Part shown: piece after piece, positions 35,215-44,975 of the stretch | Numbering within the stretch: the first letter of the stretch is position 1 | Layout of the letters: each line of letters opens with the position of its first letter | Origin: an uncultured delta proteobacterium | GTDB lineage: Bacteria > Desulfobacterota > Zymogenia > Zymogenales > Zymogenaceae | Direction: 5' to 3' | NCBI GenBank assembly: GCA_963792965.1 | Contig: CAWBYW010000010.1 | Location: forward strand, 1 to 64,000 | Length of the DNA stretch: 64,000 bases | The notes under the pieces: generated by a model | Databases searched by the model: none | Seen by the model: the letters and a program-made list of their open reading frames with translations, nothing else | What the model was told of the DNA's origin: nothing | Made by a program: the position numbers and the translations under genes

Positions 35215-35245
35215 GCGGGGGGCTGGACAAAATCCAGCCCCCCGC
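35215..35245. terminator. 13-bp GC-rich hairpin after the SSS gene
   Basis: GCGGGGGGCTGGA-CAAAA-TCCAGCCCCCCGC; no clear U-tract. Confidence 0.45.
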
Positions 35246-35309
35246 TCCGTTATGGGCACGTTATCGCTATAACGATGCTCCATCGTCGAGGCGTCTCATC
35301 CCATTTGTG

Positions 35310-35338
35310 TTGACAGGCGCCATCCCATCTCGTATACT
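35310..35338 (+). promoter_or_regulatory. sigma70 promoter upstream of the SDR gene
   Basis: TTGACA-17 nt-TATACT. Confidence 0.7.
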
Positions 35339-35445
35339 CGCTTAAAAAATCCCCTCGGGCCATGCGAGAAAGATCGGTCGTGGGCGGCTCAGTGGGATGC
35401 GCGGGGACGGGTCTATGACGAGGGGATGAAGGGGGAAAATAGGCG

Positions 35446-36259
35446 ATGAAGGCAAAGGTCCTCGTCACCGGGGCGTCGCGGGGGATCGGGAAGGCGATCG
35501 CGCTGTTGCTTGTCGAAAAGGGATTTTCCGTCGTCGGCACGACCAGGCGCCCCGAAAAGCTTTCGGACGAGCTGAAAAACCACCCCGTCCTTAAATTCGT
35601 GAAGATGGACGTGACCGACATCGCGGCGATCCCTGGGGCTGTCAGGGAGGCGGCAGCGAATCCTCGGCGGGATCGATATCCTGGTCAACAACGCGGGCAT
35701 CAGCCACATCGGGCCCTTCGAGGAGATACCCGACGACCAGGCGCGCAAAATCATGATGACGGACTTCTTTGGCGCCGCCGCCGTTATGCGTGCGGTCATC
35801 CCCGGGATGCGAAAGGCCGGCGGGGGACGCATCATCAACGTCACGTCGCTGGCCGGAAGGATCGGCATTCCCTACCAGTCGTTTTACGCGGCGGCGAAGT
35901 TCGCCCTCGAGGGACTGTCGGAATCGATCCGGATGGAGCTCGCGCCCCAATCCATCACGGTGGTCTGCGTTGAGCCGGGCAATATTCGGACCGACATCGG
36001 GGAGCATCGACTCCTCTGCGAGACCCAGTCCCCATACTACAGAAAAGCGTTTGCCGCCGCATGCGAGGTGATCAACGAAACCGTCCGGGAGGGCGGGCCG
36101 CCCGAGGAGGTGGCCGAGGTGGTCTACCGGGTCATCAGGGCCCGGCGGCCGAGGCTCCGCTATACCGCGGGAAAGGGGGCGGCATCGACGATGCTGTTGT
36201 TCTCGATCCTTCCTCATCGGATTATCGAGCGGATCATGCGGCGCTATTACCGGCAGTAA
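35446..36259 (+). CDS. short-chain dehydrogenase/reductase (frameshift near 35660)
   Basis: VTGASRGIG, NNAG, YAAAK catalytic motif, VEPG. Confidence 0.9.
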
Positions 36260-36309
36260 GGTAAGAGGCGGATTTAGCCAAGTATAGTGGGAACAATCGC
36301 GACTCCGTT

Positions 36310-37632
36310 ATGAAAACGATAACCAATCAAAATCCAATCCGCAACGTAGTTTTTTTATTTATTCTATTGACATTGCTCCCTTTGGTTTTCTCCTTTCCAC
36401 CTATCCCCTTCCTCGGCAAGTATTTCGGCGCTAAGGTCCAACTTCTGGAAATCGCGTTTGCGATAATTTTTCCCATATGGGTCATCTCGAATATCATCAG
36501 AGGAAATTTCAGGCCGCACATGCCGCCGGGCTCTCTGTTATTTCTCGCCTTTGTTGCAGTTGCCCTCGTTTCCTCACTTATTTCCATTACGCCAAAAAGG
36601 TCATTGATTGATACCGCGGGTTTTTTCTATCTCTTCCTCCTCTTTTTCCTCTTCTATAACCTTATTGATAAAAGACATCTTATCCTTCTATCCATAAGAT
36701 ATCTGCTTTTTATTTCGCTGGCGGTCGTTCTCATCGGTCTGGTCGGCTTTATTCTATATAGGAACTTCGGTATCACAAACTTCGCTATGGACGTATTCGG
36801 CATTTTCCTCGGTGTAGATCTTGTCAGGATTAAATCAACGTTTTTCAACGGTAACTATTTCGTCATGTTCCTTGGTTTTTCTGCTGTCATTGCCCTCACG
36901 ATTCTCGCGATTGATGAGAAAAGATGGGTAAAAGACCTTGCCTTGTTCCTCATCGCATTGATTTGTATCGTCCTGGTCTGCGCACTATATCGCGGTGCCT
37001 TCGTCGTATGGGGTGTGCTGCTTTTCGGTGCCTTTCATTTCAAGAAGACGAGGCTTCTTGCTTTCATACGAACCGGCTTACTCGTCCTATTTCCCACCTT
37101 TTTTCTCCTTTTTGCCGCGCAGGGATACCTCAATATTTCTCCGGTGCAGATAAACCATGATCCGGTACGAGAGCGCGTGGGTGTTTCACTATCAACAAGG
37201 CCGTCGGTATATGCCAACTTACATATGGTGGCTTTAGAACTTTTTGTCGATAATCCTATTTTCGGAATCGGACCGGCCAACTTCAACGAGTACGTAGATC
37301 GTCCGGAATACGGCTTCGATTTTGTCCACCATCCCTATCGGAATCTCGACCCGCATAGCACGTATCTCGGGTATCTTGCTGAAACGGGTCTCCTCGGTTT
37401 CTTATTCGTCTTCTCTTTCTTAATACGTCTTGGGATAGCGATTAATAAGGAAAAGGGAAGAGTTGACTTCGTTCAGAGAAAGTATCTCGCTTTCTTCATT
37501 CCTTACTTCGTACTGATGCTGATCTACGCGCTGTTCATCGATATCATCACGATACGTTTTTTGTATTTTGCATACGCGCTTGCAGCCGTTAGGCTTCCTC
37601 AAAAAGAGATGACAAATGATTCTGAGAAATGA
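36310..37632 (+). CDS. O-antigen ligase (WaaL/Wzy_C-like) membrane protein
   Basis: Multiple TMs, RIKSTFFNGN, NPIFGIGPANF, DPHSTYLGYLAETGLLG; visibly AT-richer than the flanks. Confidence 0.8.
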   Translation: MKTITNQNPIRNVVFLFILLTLLPLVFSFPPIPFLGKYFGAKVQLLEIAFAIIFPIWVISNIIRGNFRPHMPPGSLLFLAFVAVALVSSLISITPKRSLIDTAGFFYLFLLFFLFYNLIDKRHLILLSIRYLLFISLAVVLIGLVGFILYRNFGITNFAMDVFGIFLGVDLVRIKSTFFNGNYFVMFLGFSAVIALTILAIDEKRWVKDLALFLIALICIVLVCALYRGAFVVWGVLLFGAFHFKKTRLLAFIRTGLLVLFPTFFLLFAAQGYLNISPVQINHDPVRERVGVSLSTRPSVYANLHMVALELFVDNPIFGIGPANFNEYVDRPEYGFDFVHHPYRNLDPHSTYLGYLAETGLLGFLFVFSFLIRLGIAINKEKGRVDFVQRKYLAFFIPYFVLMLIYALFIDIITIRFLYFAYALAAVRLPQKEMTNDSEK

Positions 37633-38390
37633 AGATAATGAGCAGTAAGAAAAACGAGAAAGACTTGACGCCTGAAAGAGCTACGTATCATCGTCTCGTC
37701 GCCATCAAATACATGCTTCCTGAATGGCTCCGCTATCGGTTGGACCCTTATAATACCAGCGCAGATCGTTTCATCGCGCAAGCCGCCGCGTCATTACCTT
37801 CCGGGTCAAGGGTCCTCGATGCGGGGGCCGGTGAATGCCGGCACAAGATCTTTTTTGAAGATGCTCGATATTATGGTACCGATAATGCGGTTGGTGACTG
37901 TATCGCGTATGACTACGCGAAGCTGAGTTTTCTTTCGGATATAACAGCTCTGCCGGTGGCAGATAGGGTAATGGAAGCGATACTTAGCGTCAATGTTCTG
38001 GAGCATATTAAAGAGCCTGGTGACGCGCTTACAGAGTGGTTCCGCGTTCTTAGATCAAAGGGACACCTCTTTATGGTTTCTCCCCTTTCGTGGCAGGTAC
38101 ACCAGGCGCCCAATGATTTCATGCGATTTACATGCTTTGGGCTCGAGTACTTGCTTAAGAAGGCTGGTTTCGTCAATATTGATATAAGACCAGTAGGTGG
38201 GACCTTCTGGAACTTAGGACTAAGGTCCCTCTATCTCCTAACGCACTTCAGAGGGAGACTATTTCCTTTCGCGATAATTTTTTCGCCACTATTTGCTATA
38301 TTTATCCCGCTTCTTTGTTTCTATTTGGATAAGTTGGATCAGAAAAAAGAAGACACGATCGGCTATCTGGTTACCGCTCAAAAGATATAG
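37629..38390 (+). CDS. class I SAM-dependent methyltransferase
   Basis: VLDAGAG, VLEHIKEP, HQAPNDFMRFT; overlaps the upstream stop (ATGA). Confidence 0.88.
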   Translation: MKIMSSKKNEKDLTPERATYHRLVAIKYMLPEWLRYRLDPYNTSADRFIAQAAASLPSGSRVLDAGAGECRHKIFFEDARYYGTDNAVGDCIAYDYAKLSFLSDITALPVADRVMEAILSVNVLEHIKEPGDALTEWFRVLRSKGHLFMVSPLSWQVHQAPNDFMRFTCFGLEYLLKKAGFVNIDIRPVGGTFWNLGLRSLYLLTHFRGRLFPFAIIFSPLFAIFIPLLCFYLDKLDQKKEDTIGYLVTAQKI

Positions 38391-38401
38391 ACTGGATTTC
38401 A

Positions 38402-39943
38402 TTACTGGATCTTCCCCTCTCCCCGCGCGAAGTCCACGGCGGAGATCTCCGCCTCCAGGATGAACTGATAGGCGAACATCCGCGGCCAGATCCGCATAAA
38501 CGCATAGTAGATCCGCTCGATGATCATCGGAATGTTGCTTTTTCCCCGCGCGGAGAAGACGATCTCAAAGGGGATAGGGGTATAGTGCGTCCCAACGACC
38601 TTGTATCCCGCGCCGGCGACGAGGTCGGTGAACGTGTCCAGCGTGTAAAGCTTCACGTGGGTGTCGTCGAGTATCCCGCGGGAGCCATACTTGAAGCGCC
38701 CCAACAGAAGACTCATCCGGTAAAACCAGATGGCAACGTTGCCGGTGGAGACGATGAGCCTGCCGTCGCTCTTGAGCAGGAGCGAGAGATGCGCCAGCAC
38801 CTCCCGGGCGTTCTTGAGATGCTCGATCACGTCCCCGGCAACGACGTAATCGAATGTTCGTCCGAGCTTGAGCGTCGCCAAGCGCTCAAGGTCGTGACGG
38901 ATATATTTATGGACATGTTTGCTCACCCGGTCCTTGGGCACGATGTCGATCCCCCACAATGAGATATCCCTATCTTTCAGGAGCTCGGCCAGGAACCCGG
39001 AGGCGCAGCCGACGTCAAGCACCGTCGCGCCGGTCTTGATCATCCGTGCGATCTGTTTGTGGGAGCCGTAGGGGCTCTTCTTGAGCCGGTAGCCCTGGGC
39101 GTCTTCGACCACATAGCGTGATCTTCTCATGAGGTGTAGCTGATGGAGCCTGAATATGATGACGTCCTTGACCACGTCCTTTGCATACTTGATCCCGTTG
39201 ACATAGCAGATTTCATCGCCGTAATACGTGGGGATGGGAACCTCGAATATATCCGCACCGAGCGCGAAGCACTGGATGATGATCTGGGTGTCGAAGTGAA
39301 AATCGTCCGTGTTGAGCTCAAAGGGGATTCTCTTGAGCACATCCATGCCGTAGAGCCGGTAGCCCGAATGGAATTCGGTCAGTGAGGTGTCCAACAGCAG
39401 ATTTTCGAAAGCCGTGAGGGTGATGTTGCCGATGAACTTATAGAACGGCATTTTTCCCCTCAACGCGTCCGACTTCTTCATCATCCGGGAGCCGAAGACG
39501 ACCTCTTTTTTTTGGTAGAGGACCGGCCAGATGAGATTGGGCATATACTCGGGGGCGTACTGTCCGTCGCCATGGAGCAGGATGACGAAGTCGAAACCCT
39601 CCTCGATGGCGTACCGATAGCCGATCTTCTGGTTCCCGCCGTAGCCGTAGTTCCTCGGGTTGCGGAAGACACGGAGCTTATCCCATCGCTCCTGCCGCGT
39701 CAGCTCACGTCCGATCTCGTAGGTCTGATCGTCGGAGAAGTCGTCGATGAGGTAGACGCACTCGAGGATATCGTAGATCTCTTGCGGGATCCGCTCCAGC
39801 GTCTTGGTGAGGGTGCCGGCGGCGTTGTAGGCGACAATAAAAACGGCAAACTTCGGGAAACGTTTGCCCATCTTCTTTTTTGCCCGTACGATGTCGTCTA
39901 TCAGCCTTTGCGAAGGCACGAAGCTCCCGGGGTCATTATTCAT
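38402..39943 (-). CDS. bifunctional GT2 glycosyltransferase / SAM methyltransferase
   Basis: IVAYNA, IDDFSDD, NYGYGGNQK, LHGDGQY, EFHSGYR, then VLDVGCASG and DVIEHL. Start uncertain (39943 or later). Confidence 0.9.
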   Translation of the reverse strand: MNNDPGSFVPSQRLIDDIVRAKKKMGKRFPKFAVFIVAYNAAGTLTKTLERIPQEIYDILECVYLIDDFSDDQTYEIGRELTRQERWDKLRVFRNPRNYGYGGNQKIGYRYAIEEGFDFVILLHGDGQYAPEYMPNLIWPVLYQKKEVVFGSRMMKKSDALRGKMPFYKFIGNITLTAFENLLLDTSLTEFHSGYRLYGMDVLKRIPFELNTDDFHFDTQIIIQCFALGADIFEVPIPTYYGDEICYVNGIKYAKDVVKDVIIFRLHQLHLMRRSRYVVEDAQGYRLKKSPYGSHKQIARMIKTGATVLDVGCASGFLAELLKDRDISLWGIDIVPKDRVSKHVHKYIRHDLERLATLKLGRTFDYVVAGDVIEHLKNAREVLAHLSLLLKSDGRLIVSTGNVAIWFYRMSLLLGRFKYGSRGILDDTHVKLYTLDTFTDLVAGAGYKVVGTHYTPIPFEIVFSARGKSNIPMIIERIYYAFMRIWPRMFAYQFILEAEISAVDFARGEGKIQ

Positions 39944-40179
39944 CGCGGTCGTCCGAGTGTGTGATTCTTTCAAGGCTACCCTACCCCATCGGTCCGGATT
40001 TGTCAAGGCCGGCGCCGTACCGGGTGCGGTCCTGTCGTCTCTTGCCGCTCACACGGCGCGATATCCCGCCGAGAGCACTGGTATGGGTCTGAGGGGCGGA
40101 AGGAAAAGGAGGAACGATAGAACGGCACAAGCTTTCATCATTCGGGGAATGAATTTGTGGTGACAAAACGAGCGGGGCG

Positions 40180-40908
40180 TCACTCATTGGGGAACTGAGA
40201 TGGCGGGCTGTAACATTCCGTATATGAAGACTCGGGGATCGGCTTGATCGTCGATTCGAACCAGAGCCACAGGGTTTCGAAGAACCCCTTCTTTTCGAAC
40301 CGCCTGACGGAATAGAGGATGACCATGCCGGGCTCGAAGCGGACGGTAAGGCGATAACGCCTCAGCTGCTGGGACAGGCGCACATCCTCTCCCACGAATT
40401 CCGGAAACCCGCCGACACGAAGGAAGAGCTCTTTAGTGATGGCCATGTTGTTCCCTGCGACGAAGTAGACCCCGAAATGGTTACCGATAAAAAGCACGGT
40501 GAAGACAACGAGATTGTACAGGTTATACCAGACGAATTTCAGGGGGTTTTCGGCCTCGAAAAGGTTCAATCCCGAGATCGCGTGAAGTCGCGGATTGTCG
40601 GCAAAGACCCGAGAAACCCTTTTTACCCAGTTTCTGGATACACGGGAATCGGCGTCAATAAAACAGAGGATAGACCCTGTGGCGTGTCGGGCCCCGAAGT
40701 TCCGCGCCGAGGAAATTCCTTGCTTTCGGCACAGGAGCACCCGGTCGGCAAAGCCCCGGGCGACGGCGGGGGTGGAGTCTGTGCTGTTGTTATCTACGAC
40801 GATCAGCTCAAACCCCGTCTCAGTCTGGTTCTTCAGACTTTTGAGGCATCGGCCGAGATACTCTTCCTCATTGTATGCCGGTATGATCACACTTATCTTC
40901 GAATCCAT
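40180..40908 (-). CDS. GT2 glycosyltransferase
   Basis: ISVIIPAYNEE, VVDNNSTD, ARNFG, FIDAD, GED, SVRRF. Confidence 0.9.
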   Translation of the reverse strand: MDSKISVIIPAYNEEEYLGRCLKSLKNQTETGFELIVVDNNSTDSTPAVARGFADRVLLCRKQGISSARNFGARHATGSILCFIDADSRVSRNWVKRVSRVFADNPRLHAISGLNLFEAENPLKFVWYNLYNLVVFTVLFIGNHFGVYFVAGNNMAITKELFLRVGGFPEFVGEDVRLSQQLRRYRLTVRFEPGMVILYSVRRFEKKGFFETLWLWFESTIKPIPESSYTECYSPPSQFPNE

Positions 40909-40922
40909 TGTCGTCACCCTCA

Positions 40923-41288
40923 CTAAAATAGACTGTTCTCGATTATTCCCGAACGCATGAGCCACCGAAACACCAACAGCAGGATGGGGATAACGATCGG
41001 CATCGAGAATACGACGGATATCCCCCAGAGCACGAAAGAGGCTTTTACTTTCACGTCCTGCCTGTCGTGATTCAGCCCTTCACAATATACACTGATGATC
41101 TTTTCGCCGGGTCGATAACGTTTACCCGGTTCAGTTTCAATTCTCATTTCGGTGCCCGGCGGACAGACGAGTGGGCTCACCATCCGTATGAAATCGGGAC
41201 GGATCGGGAGGATGAGCGCCAAGACGAAGGTCGCCAGCCAGATCGACGCAACCACGACGGCAAGTATGAATATCAGGAGGACCATCAT
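40923..41288 (-). CDS. hypothetical membrane protein (two TMs, Cys-containing loop)
   Basis: Two hydrophobic segments flank PLVCPPG...SVYCE. Confidence 0.6.
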   Translation of the reverse strand: MMVLLIFILAVVVASIWLATFVLALILPIRPDFIRMVSPLVCPPGTEMRIETEPGKRYRPGEKIISVYCEGLNHDRQDVKVKASFVLWGISVVFSMPIVIPILLLVFRWLMRSGIIENSLF

Positions 41289-41368
41289 GCCCTGCTTTTC
41301 ATCCTGCAGCAAAGTCGCCGGGCCTACGTCGGCCCTTATTGCCGGCACTACGACCGGTGAGGTGGGCG

Positions 41369-42262
41369 TTATGCTGCAATCGGCGTGATGACGGCGGAGT
41401 CGAGGGCCTGCCACTCATAACTGAGGATGTCCCAATCCAGCGCCTCGCCTCTTTTGTCCTTGGTCTTGAAGGCGAACGCGCAGCAGTCGTCTCCTTTCGC
41501 GCGGCATTTTACCTCCCGGCACTCGACCGACTTGCCGCTCAGCCTCGAAACGACCCCCTCGAAGAAACCCTCCATGTAGTTTGCCAATATTTTGCAGACC
41601 GGCTTGTCGGAGGTGACCCCTTCGGATTCGAATGTGTTGGCGCATTTGGCCAGAACCATATAGTTACCGTCCTGGCCGACCCGGAAAACCGACCGCGCCA
41701 GCGACCACCCGGCGATATTGAAGGTATTTCTGAATACCTGCTCATCCTGGGACGCCATGGCGGCGTCGAGGTCCACCCATCCGTAATTCTGCAGGGCGGT
41801 GTCTCCCACCGAAATGCCCCCTTTCCTGGAGACGCTTCGTATGACGGCGTTTGCCCCGTTTTCCTTGAGAATGTCGACGAGGACGGCCTTAAACTGTTGA
41901 ATGGTAAAGACGTCCTGGAGGATCCAGACGGTGTCGCCAAAGACGACGACTTCTCTGGGCTCACGACCCCAGGCCACCGACGCGGGCAGCGTGCTGTCGT
42001 CTTTTGAGAGGGGAAGAATCCTCCGGTCGAAGCATTTGATCAGAGTCCTGAAGGTGGGCTTTTCCCTCAAGACATCCGACAGACCGACGCGCTCCACGAG
42101 CTTTCTCATGACAAGGGCTACGCCGGCGTGTCCGAGAACCGAGACGATCTCCGGGAAGAACCCGTCCCAAAATCCCCTCCGCAGAAGGATTAACCTTTCT
42201 CGACCACCTTTGCGGTTGAGCAGCAATGATCCAGATCCTGGGTCATACGTGACTGTGTTCAT
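41369..42262 (-). CDS. V4R-domain protein
   Basis: NTFES...PVCKILANYMEGF...ECREVKCRAKGDDCCAF is the V4R signature; GGAGG RBS before ATG at 42262. Confidence 0.82.
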   Translation of the reverse strand: MNTVTYDPGSGSLLLNRKGGRERLILLRRGFWDGFFPEIVSVLGHAGVALVMRKLVERVGLSDVLREKPTFRTLIKCFDRRILPLSKDDSTLPASVAWGREPREVVVFGDTVWILQDVFTIQQFKAVLVDILKENGANAVIRSVSRKGGISVGDTALQNYGWVDLDAAMASQDEQVFRNTFNIAGWSLARSVFRVGQDGNYMVLAKCANTFESEGVTSDKPVCKILANYMEGFFEGVVSRLSGKSVECREVKCRAKGDDCCAFAFKTKDKRGEALDWDILSYEWQALDSAVITPIAA

Positions 42263-42429
42263 TTTTCTCTTGCCTCCATCTTGTCTGTAGAACCGATACA
42301 AGAACGAATGTGTTCTTACCGACAGACTATAGGACGGGACTATAAAGAGCGTATAAGACCTCCGTAATTTCTTGATAAATTTGACGTGGCGGACTTTGAG
42401 GTGTGAAGAATCTCAGTGGCGACGGGAGG

Positions 42430-43440
42430 TTACCGGACCTGTTGCACAGAATCGTCCGCGGCGTCGCCCGACGGGCCGCGTATCTCTATCTCGTTTAGCA
42501 CGGGGAGGAAGTCCTGCGTTCCCCGCTTAACGTATTGCGTCGCACGGATCGACCCGTCTTCTTTGAGCGTGATGACATTGAAGCTATGGCCGGAGATCCT
42601 TGTCCATTCGTCACTTCTGATACAGCACGATCCGCACCCGAGGACCGAGATCTCCTTGACGGTGCCGACATGGTCGAAATAGGCCGCCCGGCAAAACTGG
42701 GCAAAGTGACGGTGACCGTGAAGAATCAAATCGAACTTTTCCTGGATGAGCCGGTAGAGGAAGACGCCCGCATTTTCCAGCATCATAAACGACTCGTCGG
42801 CAACCCTCGGGAGGAAATTGTATTTCGTCGGCATCGGATGATGATGAAGGATGGCGATCTTAAACGAGCGTCTGTATGCGTCGGCGGACTCCGATCTCTT
42901 CAGGCTCTTGGCCCAGTCGGAAAAGGCGTCCAGGTCCTGCTCGAGGATGAGGCCGTGGGACATGAAGCGTAAGAGCTGAATACTCTTTCTCCAGAATCCT
43001 CCCCTCGGCTCGTAGAGCTGGTTGGAGTCGAACGCCGCGATTGCTATCGGGACATCGGGCCTGAAGAAGTTGCCCCGCTCCTCTTCGGTGAAGGCCTCAT
43101 AGAATTTCCTGGTTCTTCTTAAGCCATAGGTGCCTTTGTAAAAGAAGTCGTGATTGCCGGGCACGACCCGCAGCACCGGCGTAAAATCATGAAAGGCCTC
43201 GATGTCCCTCATGGCGCTCCTCAGCATCGCGGCGGGGACGGAAAAATCACCCGTCGGGCCGTCCACGATGTCGCCCGTCACCAGTACGAACTGAGGCCCT
43301 ATTTCAACGAGATGTGACATCACGTTGGCCAGCAGATCCAGGTTCTTACCGTCATAATGAAAATCGGACAGGTGAACGATCTTCCATTCTTTCCCATCCG
43401 TTTGGTGTTTTTCTTTCATCGGGAAATTAATCAAAGGCAT
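42430..43440 (-). CDS. calcineurin-like metallophosphoesterase
   Basis: HLSDFH, VTGDIVD, PGNHD, LHHHP, LHGHRH; start overlaps the upstream stop. Confidence 0.9.
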   Translation of the reverse strand: MPLINFPMKEKHQTDGKEWKIVHLSDFHYDGKNLDLLANVMSHLVEIGPQFVLVTGDIVDGPTGDFSVPAAMLRSAMRDIEAFHDFTPVLRVVPGNHDFFYKGTYGLRRTRKFYEAFTEEERGNFFRPDVPIAIAAFDSNQLYEPRGGFWRKSIQLLRFMSHGLILEQDLDAFSDWAKSLKRSESADAYRRSFKIAILHHHPMPTKYNFLPRVADESFMMLENAGVFLYRLIQEKFDLILHGHRHFAQFCRAAYFDHVGTVKEISVLGCGSCCIRSDEWTRISGHSFNVITLKEDGSIRATQYVKRGTQDFLPVLNEIEIRGPSGDAADDSVQQVR

Positions 43441-44735
43441 TAGCTTTTCTCGCGTTGAGTTATTAGTCCGGTTATATTCGTCTTCTCTTCTGATGTATCG
43501 CTTTTCGATGCGGTCGAGGGAATGCGGCGGCTAACGGACATGATCCGCCCTTTCTTGGCTCCCGATGGAAGCGGGGGGACGGATTTACTGTCGTGATCAT
43601 CCACTCCGTCAACAAAAGGGGCACCGGAGCCGGAGGACCGTCTTCGCTCGGGAAGATAGCCCTCAATTACGCCGTCGTAGAGTCTTTTCACATTGTCGCC
43701 CGACGTGCTCATCGGCGGGAAGCCCTTCATCTCCTGCGCTTTCCGGACATCCCTGACGAGATCCAGATTACGCTGTAACACGGAATGGATCCATCCCCTT
43801 TCTTCATAATAGACCGAAAGGTATTCCTGCTCCGTCTGACCGGGAGTCGGTATAAAAAGGATACCTTTTTTGCCCAGCTCGGCAAGCTCCATCACGGTCG
43901 TATAGCCGCTCCGGGTGATGACGAACCGGGCCCGGTTCATGAGGTCGACCATCTCATGTCGACTTGCGTGGGATTTGAGCACCGTGTCGTGACCCAGCCG
44001 CTGCTCCGATTCGGCGCCCGGATCTCCAAGGAGGATGACCTTCTTTCCGCCAAGCTCCCCGATCTGTCGAAGGATGAGCTCTTTCAATGCGTCTTTCGTC
44101 ACCTTTGGTCCCGAAATGCTGATGAGATAATCGATGTCTTCCGGTATGTCCCGCCTTTCTATATCCGTGATAATCCCCGCGTAGTAAGCCCTTTTCTTCG
44201 TGGCCGGCCGTCTTGTGTATCCGAGCTTTCCGCTGAGCGACAACGGCCCGGGTGGGTTATCCGGTATAATGACCCGCTCATATTTTTTATGGTAGTGGCC
44301 GTTATAGACCTCCATCATCCGCTCGACGCGCTCGATGTTGCCGGGCGTGGAGAATCGGATCTGATGGGAGATAAAGAGCGAAGGAACGGACCGTGCATAG
44401 GCCCCGAATCGGTTATCGCTGATGACCAGGTCATAGCCGCCTTTCTTCACGATCTTTGAGATCGCTCGATGCTCCTGGATGATATCCTTCTGCATGATCG
44501 GGAAAAGCCCCACCACGCGTGGGACCGAAAACCCGTCGCTCGTATACGGAGAGGGGTAATCGCGGACCTCGTAAAACTTCAGATCGGGAAATTCACGCGT
44601 CAAGAGCTCCAAGGCGATGCCTGTTGCGGCGATGCCGACCTCGTGTCCCTTCTGGAGCAGATGGTTGATGATGGGCACGTCCCGTGTCGCGTGTCCAAGC
44701 CCCCAGGAGAGCGGGGCGATTAATATTCTTGCCAT
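43440..44735 (-). CDS. GT-B fold glycosyltransferase (GT28/MurG-like)
   Basis: WGLGHATR, DLVISDNR, ITRSGYTTVME, IPTPGQTEQEY. Confidence 0.85.
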   Translation of the reverse strand: MARILIAPLSWGLGHATRDVPIINHLLQKGHEVGIAATGIALELLTREFPDLKFYEVRDYPSPYTSDGFSVPRVVGLFPIMQKDIIQEHRAISKIVKKGGYDLVISDNRFGAYARSVPSLFISHQIRFSTPGNIERVERMMEVYNGHYHKKYERVIIPDNPPGPLSLSGKLGYTRRPATKKRAYYAGIITDIERRDIPEDIDYLISISGPKVTKDALKELILRQIGELGGKKVILLGDPGAESEQRLGHDTVLKSHASRHEMVDLMNRARFVITRSGYTTVMELAELGKKGILFIPTPGQTEQEYLSVYYEERGWIHSVLQRNLDLVRDVRKAQEMKGFPPMSTSGDNVKRLYDGVIEGYLPERRRSSGSGAPFVDGVDDHDSKSVPPLPSGAKKGRIMSVSRRIPSTASKSDTSEEKTNITGLITQREKS

Positions 44736-44819
44736 AATATACGCACCCTTGTTCGGTTGCTATTCATTACTATTGATTATGTAGTGTAGAGAAAGATTCT
44801 AAAGTCGCGATGATTTTTA

Positions 44820-44895
44820 TGTATAGATTTTGTAAATTCTAATTCCCCACATCATATTTACTCATTTCTTACAGATTCTTTATATAAAGCTTGCA
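44820..44895. promoter_or_regulatory. back-to-back Pho-box-like arrays with 11-bp period
   Basis: Plus strand: TTTACT (44857), CTTACA (44868), TTTATA (44879), CTTGCA (44890). Minus strand: TTTACA (44836-44831), TATACA (44825-44820). Confidence 0.55.
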
Positions 44896-44975
44896 TGCCA
44901 CAGGTATTTCTTGTGCAACATATCGAGACGGATCGATATGGTCGAAAGAAACAGCATAAAACATGGAGGTTTTGA

